Shown here in pieces: positions 28,821 through 38,517 of a stretch of DNA of 64,000 nucleotides. The notes under the pieces were generated by a model. It was not told the origin of the DNA and did no database searches. It saw nothing but the letters and a program-made list of their open reading frames with translations. Location of the stretch: positions 2,368,001 to 2,432,000 of the forward strand of contig CBDFKD010000002.1 in the NCBI GenBank assembly GCA_965248695.1, read 5' to 3'. Position numbers and translations under genes: made by a program. Positions within the stretch are counted from its first letter, which is position 1. Each line of letters starts with the position of its first letter. Source of the stretch: Acidobacteriota bacterium. Its GTDB lineage: Bacteria; Acidobacteriota; UBA890; WLXD01.

Positions 28821-28823
28821 GCG

Positions 28824-30569
28824 TCAGCGGATCACCGGCAGGATGACCACGGAAGGGTGATCGCCGTCGTGCAGGATCGTCTGCATCGCTACTCTGATGT
28901 CGGACTCGGTTTCCTCGGCCAGAGGTTTGCCGGAGTTGAGGTTCCTGTTGAAACGAGGGAAGTTGCTGCTGCTGATGTGCAGGCGGATGCGATGCCCCTG
29001 CTTGAAGACGTTGCTCGTTTCCCAGAGCCGGATCCTGATCTCGTAGGTTTCGCCGGGTGTCAGGAGCGTCGGATGCTCCAGGGAATCGCGGAATCGCGTT
29101 CGCATCCCGCCTTCGGTGATCAGAATTGCTCGCCCATCCGGATAGACATCCGAGACGGTGGCAAACACGTCGGTGTCCACGACATCGGTGGAGAGGAAGA
29201 GCCGTACCTCGGCCGCACCTGTAACCTCGATGTCCTCGGCGAGCGGCTCCGTGGTGTAGACCAACAGGTCCTGTCGCTGCTGGGTAACGCGCTGATCCAG
29301 TGGCCCGGCGGGCGTGAGCCCCGCGCCGCAGCAACCGTGACCGCCGTACGTCGGAACCGGGTGCCTCGGATCATAGACATACTGGTCCGGCGGCTCGTTG
29401 CCTGGCGGCGCGAGGTCGAGCTCTCCGTCTCCGAAACGCGTATTCGCTGCACCGTCGCTGCGTAGGAAGAGCTCCATGGGACGGGCTCGCGACAGGGGCC
29501 ACTCCTGCTCGTCACGCCAGACGTTGTCGCCCATGACGAAGATGCGGACCGGCGCCTCCGCGTCGAGCCCATTGGCGATCCCTTTGAGGTGATAGTCGAA
29601 CCAGCGCAGGTGGTAGGCGCGCATGTCGATCGCCATCGTGTCCCCGAAGTCGATATCCCCGTATTCCGGATCAGTCCGCACACCGTGCCCCCACGGCCCA
29701 ATCAGCAGCCGCTGCCACCGCCGCGCGTGCTCGGAGCGAGAGAGGTCGCGCATGCCAACGTAGTTGCGCAGGGTCTCCGCGGTCAGATCGTCGTACCAGC
29801 CGGTCACGTGGAGGGCGGGAACGTCCATCTGAGCGTACTGATGCCGTACGCTCATCTGCCTCCAGAACTCATCGTAGCGGTCATGACTCAGAGTGTCGGC
29901 CACGAACGATGAGTGGACGCCCACATGATCCATCGCCGAGGCCAGGGGCAGCTGCCTCATCACGCGCATCCAGTTCACCGCGGGCATGCTCTGGCCGGTC
30001 GCGATCGCCTCCTGCCGGGTGCCCCAACTCAACGCCGTGGCCAGGTGGTACAGGCCATCAGTGGACCAAATGCTCCCGAAGTTGTCGGATTGGGCGGCCA
30101 CCGGGACCAGGGCCTTGACGTGAGGGCTTCGATACGGCGCCGGGAGCAGCTGCGTAAACCCGGGATAGGACGTTCCGAACATCCCGATCCTGCCGCTGCA
30201 CCACGGTTGCTCTCCGATCCAGCTCTGGGTGTCGTAGCCGTCTCGACCTTCATCGACATACGGACGCCATTCGCCCCCCGAGGCATACAGTCCGCGGGAA
30301 TCCACGAGAACGACTGCGTAGCCGTGCTGCGCATAGAACGTCGCCTCACGCTCACCGCGCTGCTTGTCGTATGGCGTCCGACTCAGAAGCACCGGGAACA
30401 GTCCGTCTTCGGCTGGAAGGTAGATGTCCGCCGCCAGGTTCACGCCATCGCGCATCGGCACCGACACGTCGCGCTGTACATGAATCGCAAGTCGGCTCGG
30501 CTCGAGCGGCACCGCCGCCAGGCAGGTCGCTAGCATCGCGCACCGGGTGGCACGGACAACGGCGTTCAT
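28824..30569 (-). CDS. CocE/NonD family hydrolase
   Basis: VPMRDGVNLAADIY, RTPY, nucleophile GTSYPG, GWYD, IGPWGH and SSNFPRFNRN motifs. Confidence 0.9.
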   Translation of the reverse strand: MNAVVRATRCAMLATCLAAVPLEPSRLAIHVQRDVSVPMRDGVNLAADIYLPAEDGLFPVLLSRTPYDKQRGEREATFYAQHGYAVVLVDSRGLYASGGEWRPYVDEGRDGYDTQSWIGEQPWCSGRIGMFGTSYPGFTQLLPAPYRSPHVKALVPVAAQSDNFGSIWSTDGLYHLATALSWGTRQEAIATGQSMPAVNWMRVMRQLPLASAMDHVGVHSSFVADTLSHDRYDEFWRQMSVRHQYAQMDVPALHVTGWYDDLTAETLRNYVGMRDLSRSEHARRWQRLLIGPWGHGVRTDPEYGDIDFGDTMAIDMRAYHLRWFDYHLKGIANGLDAEAPVRIFVMGDNVWRDEQEWPLSRARPMELFLRSDGAANTRFGDGELDLAPPGNEPPDQYVYDPRHPVPTYGGHGCCGAGLTPAGPLDQRVTQQRQDLLVYTTEPLAEDIEVTGAAEVRLFLSTDVVDTDVFATVSDVYPDGRAILITEGGMRTRFRDSLEHPTLLTPGETYEIRIRLWETSNVFKQGHRIRLHISSSNFPRFNRNLNSGKPLAEETESDIRVAMQTILHDGDHPSVVILPVIR

Positions 30570-32011
30570 CGTTCAGCTCCATGCACGACGGAATCCGGAA
30601 AGAAGCGGGCGAGCGTCGCCGCGCTGCTCGCATGTGTGCCAAGGGAAACTGCCACCATCAACATCATGGACGCGATCACCCCGGGGTAGATCTCGTGAAA
30701 GCCGATGAGGCCGAGCCGCTTCAGCGAGAAACCCACGAGAGCGAAGGCCAGGCCGCCGACCATGCTCGCCAGCGCACCGGCTCGTGTCGCTCGCCGCCAG
30801 AACAGCCCGCAGAAGAGCGGCGCGAACAACGCCGATGCCATTCCGCCCCAGGCGATGGCGCCGATCAAGCTGATCAACGGTATCGAGCGCGTGGAGACAT
30901 AGAGGGCGACCAGAGTAACGGCCGCTCCGAAGGTCAGCGTCGCCAGGCGGCTCACGCGCAGCAAGCGCGCATCATCCGAGCGCTCGGCGACCGGCGCATA
31001 CACGTCGACGGCGAAGTACAGCCCCACGACATGCAGCAGCCCGTCGGTGGTGGAGTGCACCGAGGCTGTGATCGCGAGCAGGATCGGGATGCTGATCCAC
31101 CCACCGATGACATTCTTGAACAGATACGGCAGAGCGGCGTCACCCCGATGCTCGGGCGGGATGAGCATACCGGCCCCGACGCCGCAGATGATCACCGAAA
31201 GCAACAGCACCATGATCACGATGGCGCCAACCGCGACCTGTCTCCGCGCCACGCCGGCATCGCGGCTGGCGTAGAAGCGATGCAGATAGTAGGACTGCGT
31301 CGGGATCCCGAGTCCCCAGACGAGTGCCCAGCCGATGAGATCACCGGCGTTCTGAACGCTGCCTCCGAAGAAGCGCGACAGGGGCTCCGGCGGTGCGGTG
31401 ATCACCCGACCCCCCGTCGTCCACAGAACGACGGCGGCGCCCGCAACGACGCCTCCTCCGAGCAGAAGCGCCTGGACGAGGTCGGTTCGCACAACGGAAA
31501 CCAGACCGCCCAGGACCGTGTAGGTAACGAACACCATCCCGACCAGCAGCACGGCCGCTGGGACGGCGAGGCCAATCAACGTGTTCAGGGTGATCGCCAC
31601 GCCGAGCAGCTGCACGACCAAGGTGATGGAGTAGAGCGCGATGATCGTCAGCGCAGCGAGGGCGCCCAGCGCCGGCGACTCGTATCGAGTCCGTAGAAGC
31701 TCGGGCACCGTCGTGAGCCGCGACCGGTGCATACGCCGCGCGGCAACGACCAAGAGGATCCATCCCGTCGCGTAGCCGTAGCAGGTGAACGCTGCGGCGG
31801 CCCAGCCGTATCGCGACGCGTAACCGGAAACGCCGATGACGGTTACCGCCGACAGGAAGGTCGCGACAAACGCGCCTGTCGCCAGCACTGGCCCCATGGT
31901 CCGATCGGCGACCGCGTACGAAGCGAAGGAACCCTTCCGGTAGCCCCAGAGGCCGACCGCAAGGACGAAGGTGGAATAGACGATAAACGTGGCCAGCAAC
32001 ACGCCGCTCAT
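30566..32011 (-). CDS. Sodium:solute symporter family protein
   Basis: Polytopic membrane protein; YTVLGGLVSVVRTDLVQ, RFYASRD, HSTTDG and GLFWRRATRAGA motifs. Confidence 0.9.
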   Translation of the reverse strand: MSGVLLATFIVYSTFVLAVGLWGYRKGSFASYAVADRTMGPVLATGAFVATFLSAVTVIGVSGYASRYGWAAAAFTCYGYATGWILLVVAARRMHRSRLTTVPELLRTRYESPALGALAALTIIALYSITLVVQLLGVAITLNTLIGLAVPAAVLLVGMVFVTYTVLGGLVSVVRTDLVQALLLGGGVVAGAAVVLWTTGGRVITAPPEPLSRFFGGSVQNAGDLIGWALVWGLGIPTQSYYLHRFYASRDAGVARRQVAVGAIVIMVLLLSVIICGVGAGMLIPPEHRGDAALPYLFKNVIGGWISIPILLAITASVHSTTDGLLHVVGLYFAVDVYAPVAERSDDARLLRVSRLATLTFGAAVTLVALYVSTRSIPLISLIGAIAWGGMASALFAPLFCGLFWRRATRAGALASMVGGLAFALVGFSLKRLGLIGFHEIYPGVIASMMLMVAVSLGTHASSAATLARFFPDSVVHGAER

Positions 32012-32112
32012 CGCGGTCGCCGCCCGCGCTCCCGGCGCTCGAGCATCAGGGTCAGGATCAGCGGGATCAACGCGATGCCGATCGCCGAGGCCAGGATCCA
32101 GTAGACCGTCAT
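32008..32112 (-). CDS. 34-aa single-pass membrane protein upstream of the symporter
   Basis: Translates as MTVYWILASAIGIALIPLILTLMLERRERGRRPR*. It fills the intergenic gap and has an ATGA overlap with the SSS start. Confidence 0.7.
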   Translation of the reverse strand: MTVYWILASAIGIALIPLILTLMLERRERGRRPR

Positions 32113-32119
32113 TGCAGTC

Positions 32120-32794
32120 TCAGCCGACCACGCGGCGCACCGCTTCGACAGTCGCCTGGTTGCTGGTGATGACGGGAACGCCGAACCGCACCCGCGCCGA
32201 TTCGATCGCGTCGAGGGCCTGCCAGTTCGTGCACGAGAGAAAGATGCAATCGGCCTCGACGCCGGTCATCTGCGCATCGACGAACTCTACGATCTCCCCC
32301 GGGGAGACCCTGCCGATCTCGCAGTTGTCTCGGATCCCCATGCCCGCGACCTTAGCGAGCTCGTAGCCGTCCGCAGTGACACACTCCGCCACGCTATTCG
32401 TCAGGTCGCTTTCGTATGGCGTGAACACGGCCACGTGGCGTCCGCCGACCGACCGCAACTGCCCCAGCACCGACTCGACGACCGTCACGGCACCGCAGCC
32501 CGTGGCCTGTTCGATGCTGTGCGCAATGCCGCGATCGTGCTCGATCCCGTCCAGCGCCCCAGCCGAGGTGCAGCCGAAAACGACGACGTCAGGCTCCGTC
32601 GTCTTGATTAGTGCGATCGATCGCGGCAACTCCTCCTCGAGCATCCGCTCTTCGGCCGCGCGAGTTACCTCCTGCAAGTAGATCCTCGACGTGCTGATAG
32701 CACAGGTCGCGCCGAGGGACCGATGAAGATCAGGCTCCATGACGGTGTTCGAAGAAGGAACGATCAAGCCGACTCTCGGCTGCTCGGAAGGCAT
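32120..32794 (-). CDS. Asp/Glu racemase superfamily protein (maleate isomerase/arylmalonate decarboxylase/EutA-like)
   Basis: GLIVPSSNTVMEPD, FGCTS, FTPY, FLSCTN and VITSNQA motifs; both catalytic cysteines are present. Confidence 0.85.
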   Translation of the reverse strand: MPSEQPRVGLIVPSSNTVMEPDLHRSLGATCAISTSRIYLQEVTRAAEERMLEEELPRSIALIKTTEPDVVVFGCTSAGALDGIEHDRGIAHSIEQATGCGAVTVVESVLGQLRSVGGRHVAVFTPYESDLTNSVAECVTADGYELAKVAGMGIRDNCEIGRVSPGEIVEFVDAQMTGVEADCIFLSCTNWQALDAIESARVRFGVPVITSNQATVEAVRRVVG

Positions 32795-32870
32795 CGTTTA
32801 GCTCTCTCGCCGGCGCTCTCGGCGCAACTGTGATCCTCGGTCGACTCCCTTTTGCCACATAGGTAGCTTC

Positions 32871-34787
32871 CTATCCCAATTCCTGCACTGCTCTCCATGC
32901 CTGATCTACTGCAACGTGTACATAGGAACTGGGGGCGGAGTCGATATTGGCAATGGTAATTTGGCCAAAGGGTTGGCGACCCCTTTCTGCCATCTCGAGC
33001 ATTTCGGGGTCATACAGCGCATAGCCATTGTGGGCGTACCCATGCGCCCAACGATTGACCGTAATGCTCTCAACGTCCCTGTCGAACTCGAATGAGCTCT
33101 TTGGCAGCATGCCACTCAGGTGCTCCCTGACTTCGTTTTCGTAGTCCTTGAACTCCAGCGCCAGCATTCTGTGCCGTGCTTCGCGGAATTGTTCGACGGG
33201 AGGTGCGCCAACGGTCTCGCCTACTGGAACACCCGTCATGTAGATGGCGCAGGGGTCGTCCGGCGTTCTGGTGAACTCATAGCCGCCCATGCTTACCGGA
33301 TAGTCCATTCCCACCACTTGGTGCATGTTCCCGGGCGACATGGCCACTCCGATCCCCAACTCTTTCATTGCCCTCCAGTTCCGTAGCCCGACAGTCGTGA
33401 CCTGTATGGGAAGCTTCACGAGACGCTTCAAGGCAGCTGCCTGATCGGCTGGAAGATCGGGGACCAGATAGGGAATCATCATGTTGTAGCAAGCCATTAC
33501 CACAGCTTTGCCTGTTACTTGATAGGACTTGTTGTCATTGATGTAGGTGACGTCTACTTCACTCGAGTTGTCGGGATCGCCGCGATGGACAGCATTGACA
33601 ACCGTACTGTTCAGTCTGATCCGTACCGTGTTGCTGGCTCTGTCTAGCTCGTCATATTGGAATCTCGACAGCACGATGTCGTCAGCGTTGTTCCCGGGTC
33701 CGACACCGGGAATCATCTTCCGTACCAGCAGGCGTGCAATGGATGCATTCCCGTCGGGAAAGTGATGTATGTATGGGTCCCCCTCGTCATATAGATACCC
33801 ATAGGTCTCTATGTAGTTTCTGTACTCCTCTTCCTCCATTACGTCTTCGAGTGACGACGGATCCAGACCCATAGCCCCAGATTCCAGCGCTTCGGATATG
33901 GTCATGACGTCCGCACCCGCTCCGTCGACATCGACAACGGAATGCCTGGCCATCCGTAGGACCCCGGGATCATCGACACCCAGGGTGGTCTGGAGATAAT
34001 CGAAGTAGGAATGGGTGGAGATGTAGTCCTGCAATTCCTCTAGGGCCACCGGCAATACGTGTAGACCACCCTCGAGGACGGTGAGCAATTGCTCCTTGCC
34101 CTTCTCGCTCAAGGGAGCTTGTTGTACCGCCTCTTCATGGACCAGCTCCGGCGGCTTGAGTCCTTGGACAAACGATGGGTAGGGACAAAAGGGGTGCTTC
34201 ACGACTTTGTCTTCGCCAAAGACTCGCTTGTTGAAATAGGTGACGGGCCCCAACGCGTGCTGCTTGAAGAAGTCGAAGTCATAGGCGGTGTTGAATCGAT
34301 CTGGGTCTACGCCTAGGTCGTCTAGCAGTCCTTTCGCGACGTCACTGAATGCATGTGGACTCTGCAAGCTCTCCGATCCACCGCGGATGAGGCTCGTGTT
34401 ACCCCCAACTGTGTGCTCGTTTCTCTTGGCGTGGCCACCGAAGTCATCGTGATTGTCGAGTATCAGTACCCTCTTGTCCCGTCCGTGAACGCGTTGATAG
34501 AAATACGCCGCCGACAGCCCGCTGATCCCGCCGCCTACGACAACCAGGTCGTACTCTTCCTTCAACTGGGTGGTTGCTCCCCAATCGGTCTTACCGTCGA
34601 GCGCTCGGGCGTGGGCGTGGGTGTTGGAGCCCGGGTGGCTGCCCCTCAGTCCTGTCAGCGCTGGCGGGTAGTACTCCGGCTGTAGGCTGGCCAGAACGGT
34701 CTCACCCCTGCCGCCAAATGGAAACATGGATGCTCCGGCTGCCATCAGAGCTCCATTGATAAAGTCCCTTCGCAATATGTTGGTCAT
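32871..34787 (-). CDS. Second SpdH-like Tat-exported flavoprotein
   Basis: LRRDFING, YYPPALTGLRGSHPG, VVGGGISG, NHDDFGGHAKRNE, HFPDGNAS and NRWAHGY motifs. Visibly lower GC than its neighbours. Confidence 0.85.
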   Translation of the reverse strand: MTNILRRDFINGALMAAGASMFPFGGRGETVLASLQPEYYPPALTGLRGSHPGSNTHAHARALDGKTDWGATTQLKEEYDLVVVGGGISGLSAAYFYQRVHGRDKRVLILDNHDDFGGHAKRNEHTVGGNTSLIRGGSESLQSPHAFSDVAKGLLDDLGVDPDRFNTAYDFDFFKQHALGPVTYFNKRVFGEDKVVKHPFCPYPSFVQGLKPPELVHEEAVQQAPLSEKGKEQLLTVLEGGLHVLPVALEELQDYISTHSYFDYLQTTLGVDDPGVLRMARHSVVDVDGAGADVMTISEALESGAMGLDPSSLEDVMEEEEYRNYIETYGYLYDEGDPYIHHFPDGNASIARLLVRKMIPGVGPGNNADDIVLSRFQYDELDRASNTVRIRLNSTVVNAVHRGDPDNSSEVDVTYINDNKSYQVTGKAVVMACYNMMIPYLVPDLPADQAAALKRLVKLPIQVTTVGLRNWRAMKELGIGVAMSPGNMHQVVGMDYPVSMGGYEFTRTPDDPCAIYMTGVPVGETVGAPPVEQFREARHRMLALEFKDYENEVREHLSGMLPKSSFEFDRDVESITVNRWAHGYAHNGYALYDPEMLEMAERGRQPFGQITIANIDSAPSSYVHVAVDQAWRAVQELG

Positions 34788-34833
34788 TGGTTTTGTGCCT
34801 TGTCGTAATGCCGGACGGGCGACGCGTGAACCT

Positions 34834-35238
34834 TCACTCCGATGGTGGGTACAGGTTGTAAATGAAAAAGGCGGCCTCGTCTCCCGTGTTCCTGAGCTTG
34901 TAGTGCCCGCCGGGGGCAAGGTAGACCGCGTCGTCGGCGCCAAACTCGATCTCGCCCTCATCGCACAAGAGCGTCAGCTGGCCACGAGTGCAATAGTAAG
35001 TTTCTTCGACGGGTCCCATCCAGTATTCGCCCGGCCGCGCCTCGTCTTCCGGCATGGAGGACCACCAGCAGGTCTCTACGCCGGGGTCCAAGCTGGCCAC
35101 TCCGAGCATGAGCTCCGATCCCTGGCGCCCGCGCGTGATCAGCCGCCGGACGCGCAGTTTCTCAGACGAACCCTCTATGACCCCCCACGGAACTGCGTCG
35201 TAGTGGATCTTGGCGGGCTTCGCTTTCGGCTTGGACAT
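34834..35238 (-). CDS. Cupin-domain protein
   Basis: AGGAGG RBS; EETYYCTRG and AVYLAPGGHYKLRNTG motifs. Confidence 0.75.
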   Translation of the reverse strand: MSKPKAKPAKIHYDAVPWGVIEGSSEKLRVRRLITRGRQGSELMLGVASLDPGVETCWWSSMPEDEARPGEYWMGPVEETYYCTRGQLTLLCDEGEIEFGADDAVYLAPGGHYKLRNTGDEAAFFIYNLYPPSE

Positions 35239-35443
35239 GATCTCTACCTCCTGTTCAAGTTGTTGTCGTCAAGAGCGAGCCGAACGAGCGAACGGGTTGA
35301 GAATCCCGAGCCGGTCACGCAACGGCACGACCCAAGCTCTTGCCAGCACTAATCCGTTGAGTTACGAAGTGGCCCAAAGCCTTGCGGGCAGGTCACTGTC
35401 CGGTGAGCGCAGATGGCGCTCGATCCAAAGAGTTGCATGCCAC

Positions 35444-36955
35444 ATGACTAAAGAGCCTTCGAGTAAGACGGCGTTGTTGACCGCAGCATTGTTGCCGCTG
35501 GGATTGGGGCTGTCCCTTGCGCTCTTCTCCTGTGCGGCGCCGGTCCAAGAAGGCTCCGAGAGCGTGCGCGCGGCCGAAGACGACCCCATGTCCGACGGCG
35601 CACAGAACGTGCGGCTCGTAGGCTACAACGATCTGCAGGGCCGCGAATCACTGCAATTAGTGACCCGCTCGGACCCGGAGAACGGAGATTGGCTTTATGT
35701 CGGTCACCAACCGAATGCACGCGGCGGCGACGAAGAGGGGCTGCTGAATCCCATCACCGGGGAGTCGGAAATCAATGGGACGTCGTTGATCGATATCTCG
35801 GACCCATCCAGCCCAACCACGATGTGGCACATTCCCGGCGTTTCGAAAGCAAATCACCGCTCGGTCTCAGTCGTCTATGACACCACGCACGAAGGAGGGG
35901 GCAAGGACTATCTTGCCCGCAGCCTAGACACGGGTGACGACTACAGGTTCCAGATCTTCGACATCACCGCCAGAAGCTCGGACCCGACGCAGATTACTCT
36001 CGTGGCCGAGATCACCGGTACGCCGCCGGATTCGTGCGGCCCTGGTTGCGGCGGCCCTTTCAAGTATCGAGCGCACAAGGGCTATTGGTCGCAGGATTCG
36101 GGCTACTACTACACATCGTCCGGGGAGCCCGGCTTCCGCAACACTTCGCTCCAGATTTGGGACCTCAGGGACCCGAGCAATCCGAAATTTGAAGGCCGGG
36201 CGTGGCTTCCGGGCATGAAGGAGACGGAAGACGAGGCGCTCTACGAGGGTCAGTACGTGCACCATCCGATCGTCGACGAAGCCAACAACAGGATGTACAT
36301 CGGCTTCCGCGGCTCCGGTTGGATGGGCGCGTGGGACATCTCCGACCGCTCGAACCCAAAGATGATCTGGAGCTACGATACGTCGCCGCCAGGGCGGGGT
36401 CCTCACACCCTTACGCCCGTCGTCTATGACGATCTCACCCAGTACTTCAAGGGCGAGGCACTACCCCGCAACTTCCTGTTCGTCACCGACGAAGCGGGCA
36501 CGGCCGACCTGGCGCCCTGCGAGGATGGCGTACGCCCGAAGTCCTACATGTTCGACGTCACCGTGGAGACCCATCCGATGCCGGTCTCGACGTTTCAGGT
36601 GCCGACCGGTGATTCCTGCAACAAGGGTGGGCGCTTTGGTCCCCACCAGCACGCTGAGCAGCGGAACGGCCGCATCAACCGCCACGAGGACCGACTTGCC
36701 TGGATCGCCTATTTCAACGCTGGCGTCCGTGTCGTCGACCTCTCGGATCCCTACCACTTGACGGAACTGGGTTACTACATTCCCAAAACGAACGAGAGCT
36801 CCCACCCGATGTCCGCGGGGCAAGAAACGGCGATCCAGATCAATGACGTCACGCTCGACCACCGCGGTCTTGCCTACGCGTCGGATCGCGTCGGAACGGG
36901 CATGTTCGTCTTCGAATACACCGGTCCTAAGCCAGGCTCGCAGCCGCAAAGCTAG
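35444..36955 (+). CDS. LVIVD-repeat lipoprotein (His-rich beta-propeller family)
   Basis: LFSC lipobox; NVRLVGYNDLQGR, LIDISDP, IWDLRDP, GRFGPH and AGVRVVDLSDP motifs. Confidence 0.75.
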   Translation: MTKEPSSKTALLTAALLPLGLGLSLALFSCAAPVQEGSESVRAAEDDPMSDGAQNVRLVGYNDLQGRESLQLVTRSDPENGDWLYVGHQPNARGGDEEGLLNPITGESEINGTSLIDISDPSSPTTMWHIPGVSKANHRSVSVVYDTTHEGGGKDYLARSLDTGDDYRFQIFDITARSSDPTQITLVAEITGTPPDSCGPGCGGPFKYRAHKGYWSQDSGYYYTSSGEPGFRNTSLQIWDLRDPSNPKFEGRAWLPGMKETEDEALYEGQYVHHPIVDEANNRMYIGFRGSGWMGAWDISDRSNPKMIWSYDTSPPGRGPHTLTPVVYDDLTQYFKGEALPRNFLFVTDEAGTADLAPCEDGVRPKSYMFDVTVETHPMPVSTFQVPTGDSCNKGGRFGPHQHAEQRNGRINRHEDRLAWIAYFNAGVRVVDLSDPYHLTELGYYIPKTNESSHPMSAGQETAIQINDVTLDHRGLAYASDRVGTGMFVFEYTGPKPGSQPQS

Positions 36956-37007
36956 CGGTCTAGACGCCGGACGGTGATGACCGCCTAGCGGCCCAGGTGC
37001 GTTTCCT

Positions 37008-38021
37008 ATGCCAGGTACAACCCCCCACACCGCCGTGATAGTCACCGCCGGACCCGTGTTCGTGGCTGCGCTACTGTGCACCCTCGCGTTCCCCACCTCT
37101 TGTGCTCCAATCGACGCGGGGCGTGGCTGGGAATGCATTGCACCCGCGGCAGCCGGGGGAGGGTGGGACCTGACCTGCAGGGCCGTGGCCCAGGCCGTCA
37201 GAGAGCTGCGGCTCGCGCCTGGGGCGATGCGGGTGACGAACCTTCCCGGGGCCGGAGGCGGAATCGCGTTCGCCCATACGGTGGCGCAGCGCGGTGGAGA
37301 CGAGACCGTACTCGTCGCGGCGTCCCCGGCGACGACGCTTCGATTGGCGCAGGGACAGTTCGCGCACCTCACCGAAGGGGACGTGCGCTGGGTGGGAGCG
37401 ATCGGAACGGACTATGGCGTGGTCGTCGTGGGGCCCGAGGCGCCCTGGCAATCCCTGTCGGAGCTCCTACAACATTGGAGCCGCGACCCATCGAGCGTAG
37501 CGGTGGCGGGAGGGAGCGCCGTGGGTGGACAGGACCACATGAAGATGATGATGCTGGGACGAGCGGGCGGCGTGGACCCCCGGCGGATGCGCTACGTTCC
37601 GTTCGACGGGGGAGGCGAAGCGTTGACGACCCTCCTCGGAGGATTCGTCGAGGTGCTTTCTACGGATGCCTCACAGGTGATTTCGCACGTGGAAGCCGGG
37701 ACGCTGCGGGTGCTCGCCGTCCTCGCTCCGGAGCGAGTCGGCGGAGAGCTTGCCGCGATCCCGACGGCCCGCGAGCAAGGATACGATGTCGAATGGATCA
37801 CCTGGCGCGGTTTCTACGCTCCGATCGACATCCCCGACGCTCGGTACCGGAGTTGGACCGAGACCCTGAGGCGGGTGGAGGGATCCGAAATATGGGCGAG
37901 GGTACGGCGAAACAACGGCCTCGATCCCTTCTTGCTGGTGGGAGAAGACTTTCGAGCGTTCGTCGAGCAGCAGGTGACGGAATTCCGCGACATGTCCCGG
38001 GAGATGGGCCTGGTACGGTGA
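37008..38021 (+). CDS. tctC: Tripartite tricarboxylate transporter substrate-binding protein
   Basis: ECIAPAAAGGGWD, NLPGAGG, GGSAVGGQDH, VPFDGGGEA and WRGFY motifs. Start is uncertain. Confidence 0.85.
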   Translation: MPGTTPHTAVIVTAGPVFVAALLCTLAFPTSCAPIDAGRGWECIAPAAAGGGWDLTCRAVAQAVRELRLAPGAMRVTNLPGAGGGIAFAHTVAQRGGDETVLVAASPATTLRLAQGQFAHLTEGDVRWVGAIGTDYGVVVVGPEAPWQSLSELLQHWSRDPSSVAVAGGSAVGGQDHMKMMMLGRAGGVDPRRMRYVPFDGGGEALTTLLGGFVEVLSTDASQVISHVEAGTLRVLAVLAPERVGGELAAIPTAREQGYDVEWITWRGFYAPIDIPDARYRSWTETLRRVEGSEIWARVRRNNGLDPFLLVGEDFRAFVEQQVTEFRDMSREMGLVR

Positions 38022-38446
38022 CGGATCGGGTCGCGGGGTCGCTTCTCGTCGCGCTCGGTGCCGCGACCGGTGCCGAGAGCCTCACCTTTACCGTGGCCTT
38101 CCCCACCGACCCGGTGGGCCCCCGGGCACTTCCGCTCCTCTGTGCGATCGTCTTGGTAGTCGGAGGGCTCGCCTTGATCGCGCGGCCCGGCCTCGTGCCC
38201 GCGTGGCCTTCACGCGACAGGTTGATTCGGGCCGCAACCGGAGGCTCGATCTTCGCACTCTACGGCGTCCTGCTCGATCCTCTCGGCTTCGCGATCACCA
38301 CCTCACTGGGCGTGACCGCGCTGGGGATTCTGTTCCGCGGTTCGTTCGCCAAAGCGGTGGTCTCCGGGATTCTGGTGACGGCGGCGCTCTGGTTCCTGTT
38401 CCAGTACATGCTGGGGATTCCGCTTCCCGTCGGCCTGTTTCGTTGA
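38018..38446 (+). CDS. tctB: Tripartite tricarboxylate transporter small membrane subunit
   Basis: GTGA overlap; DPVGPRALP motif, four TM segments and LGIPLPVG ending. Confidence 0.85.
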   Translation: MTDRVAGSLLVALGAATGAESLTFTVAFPTDPVGPRALPLLCAIVLVVGGLALIARPGLVPAWPSRDRLIRAATGGSIFALYGVLLDPLGFAITTSLGVTALGILFRGSFAKAVVSGILVTAALWFLFQYMLGIPLPVGLFR

Positions 38447-38517
38447 GGAACCTCGAGGCATGACCCGGGAATCGGGCAGGACTACCTCCGCCTTTGTCCC
38501 CGTTTCAGGGATCTGAG

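Noticed and set aside
35370-35385. Sigma54-like TGGC...TTGC upstream of the LVIVD gene
   Set aside because: The GG-to-GC spacing is one base too long for a -24/-12 promoter.
37076-38017. 456-aa ORF suggesting an N-terminally extended TctB
   Set aside because: The upstream part overlaps tctC out of frame; the real tctB starts at GTG 38018.
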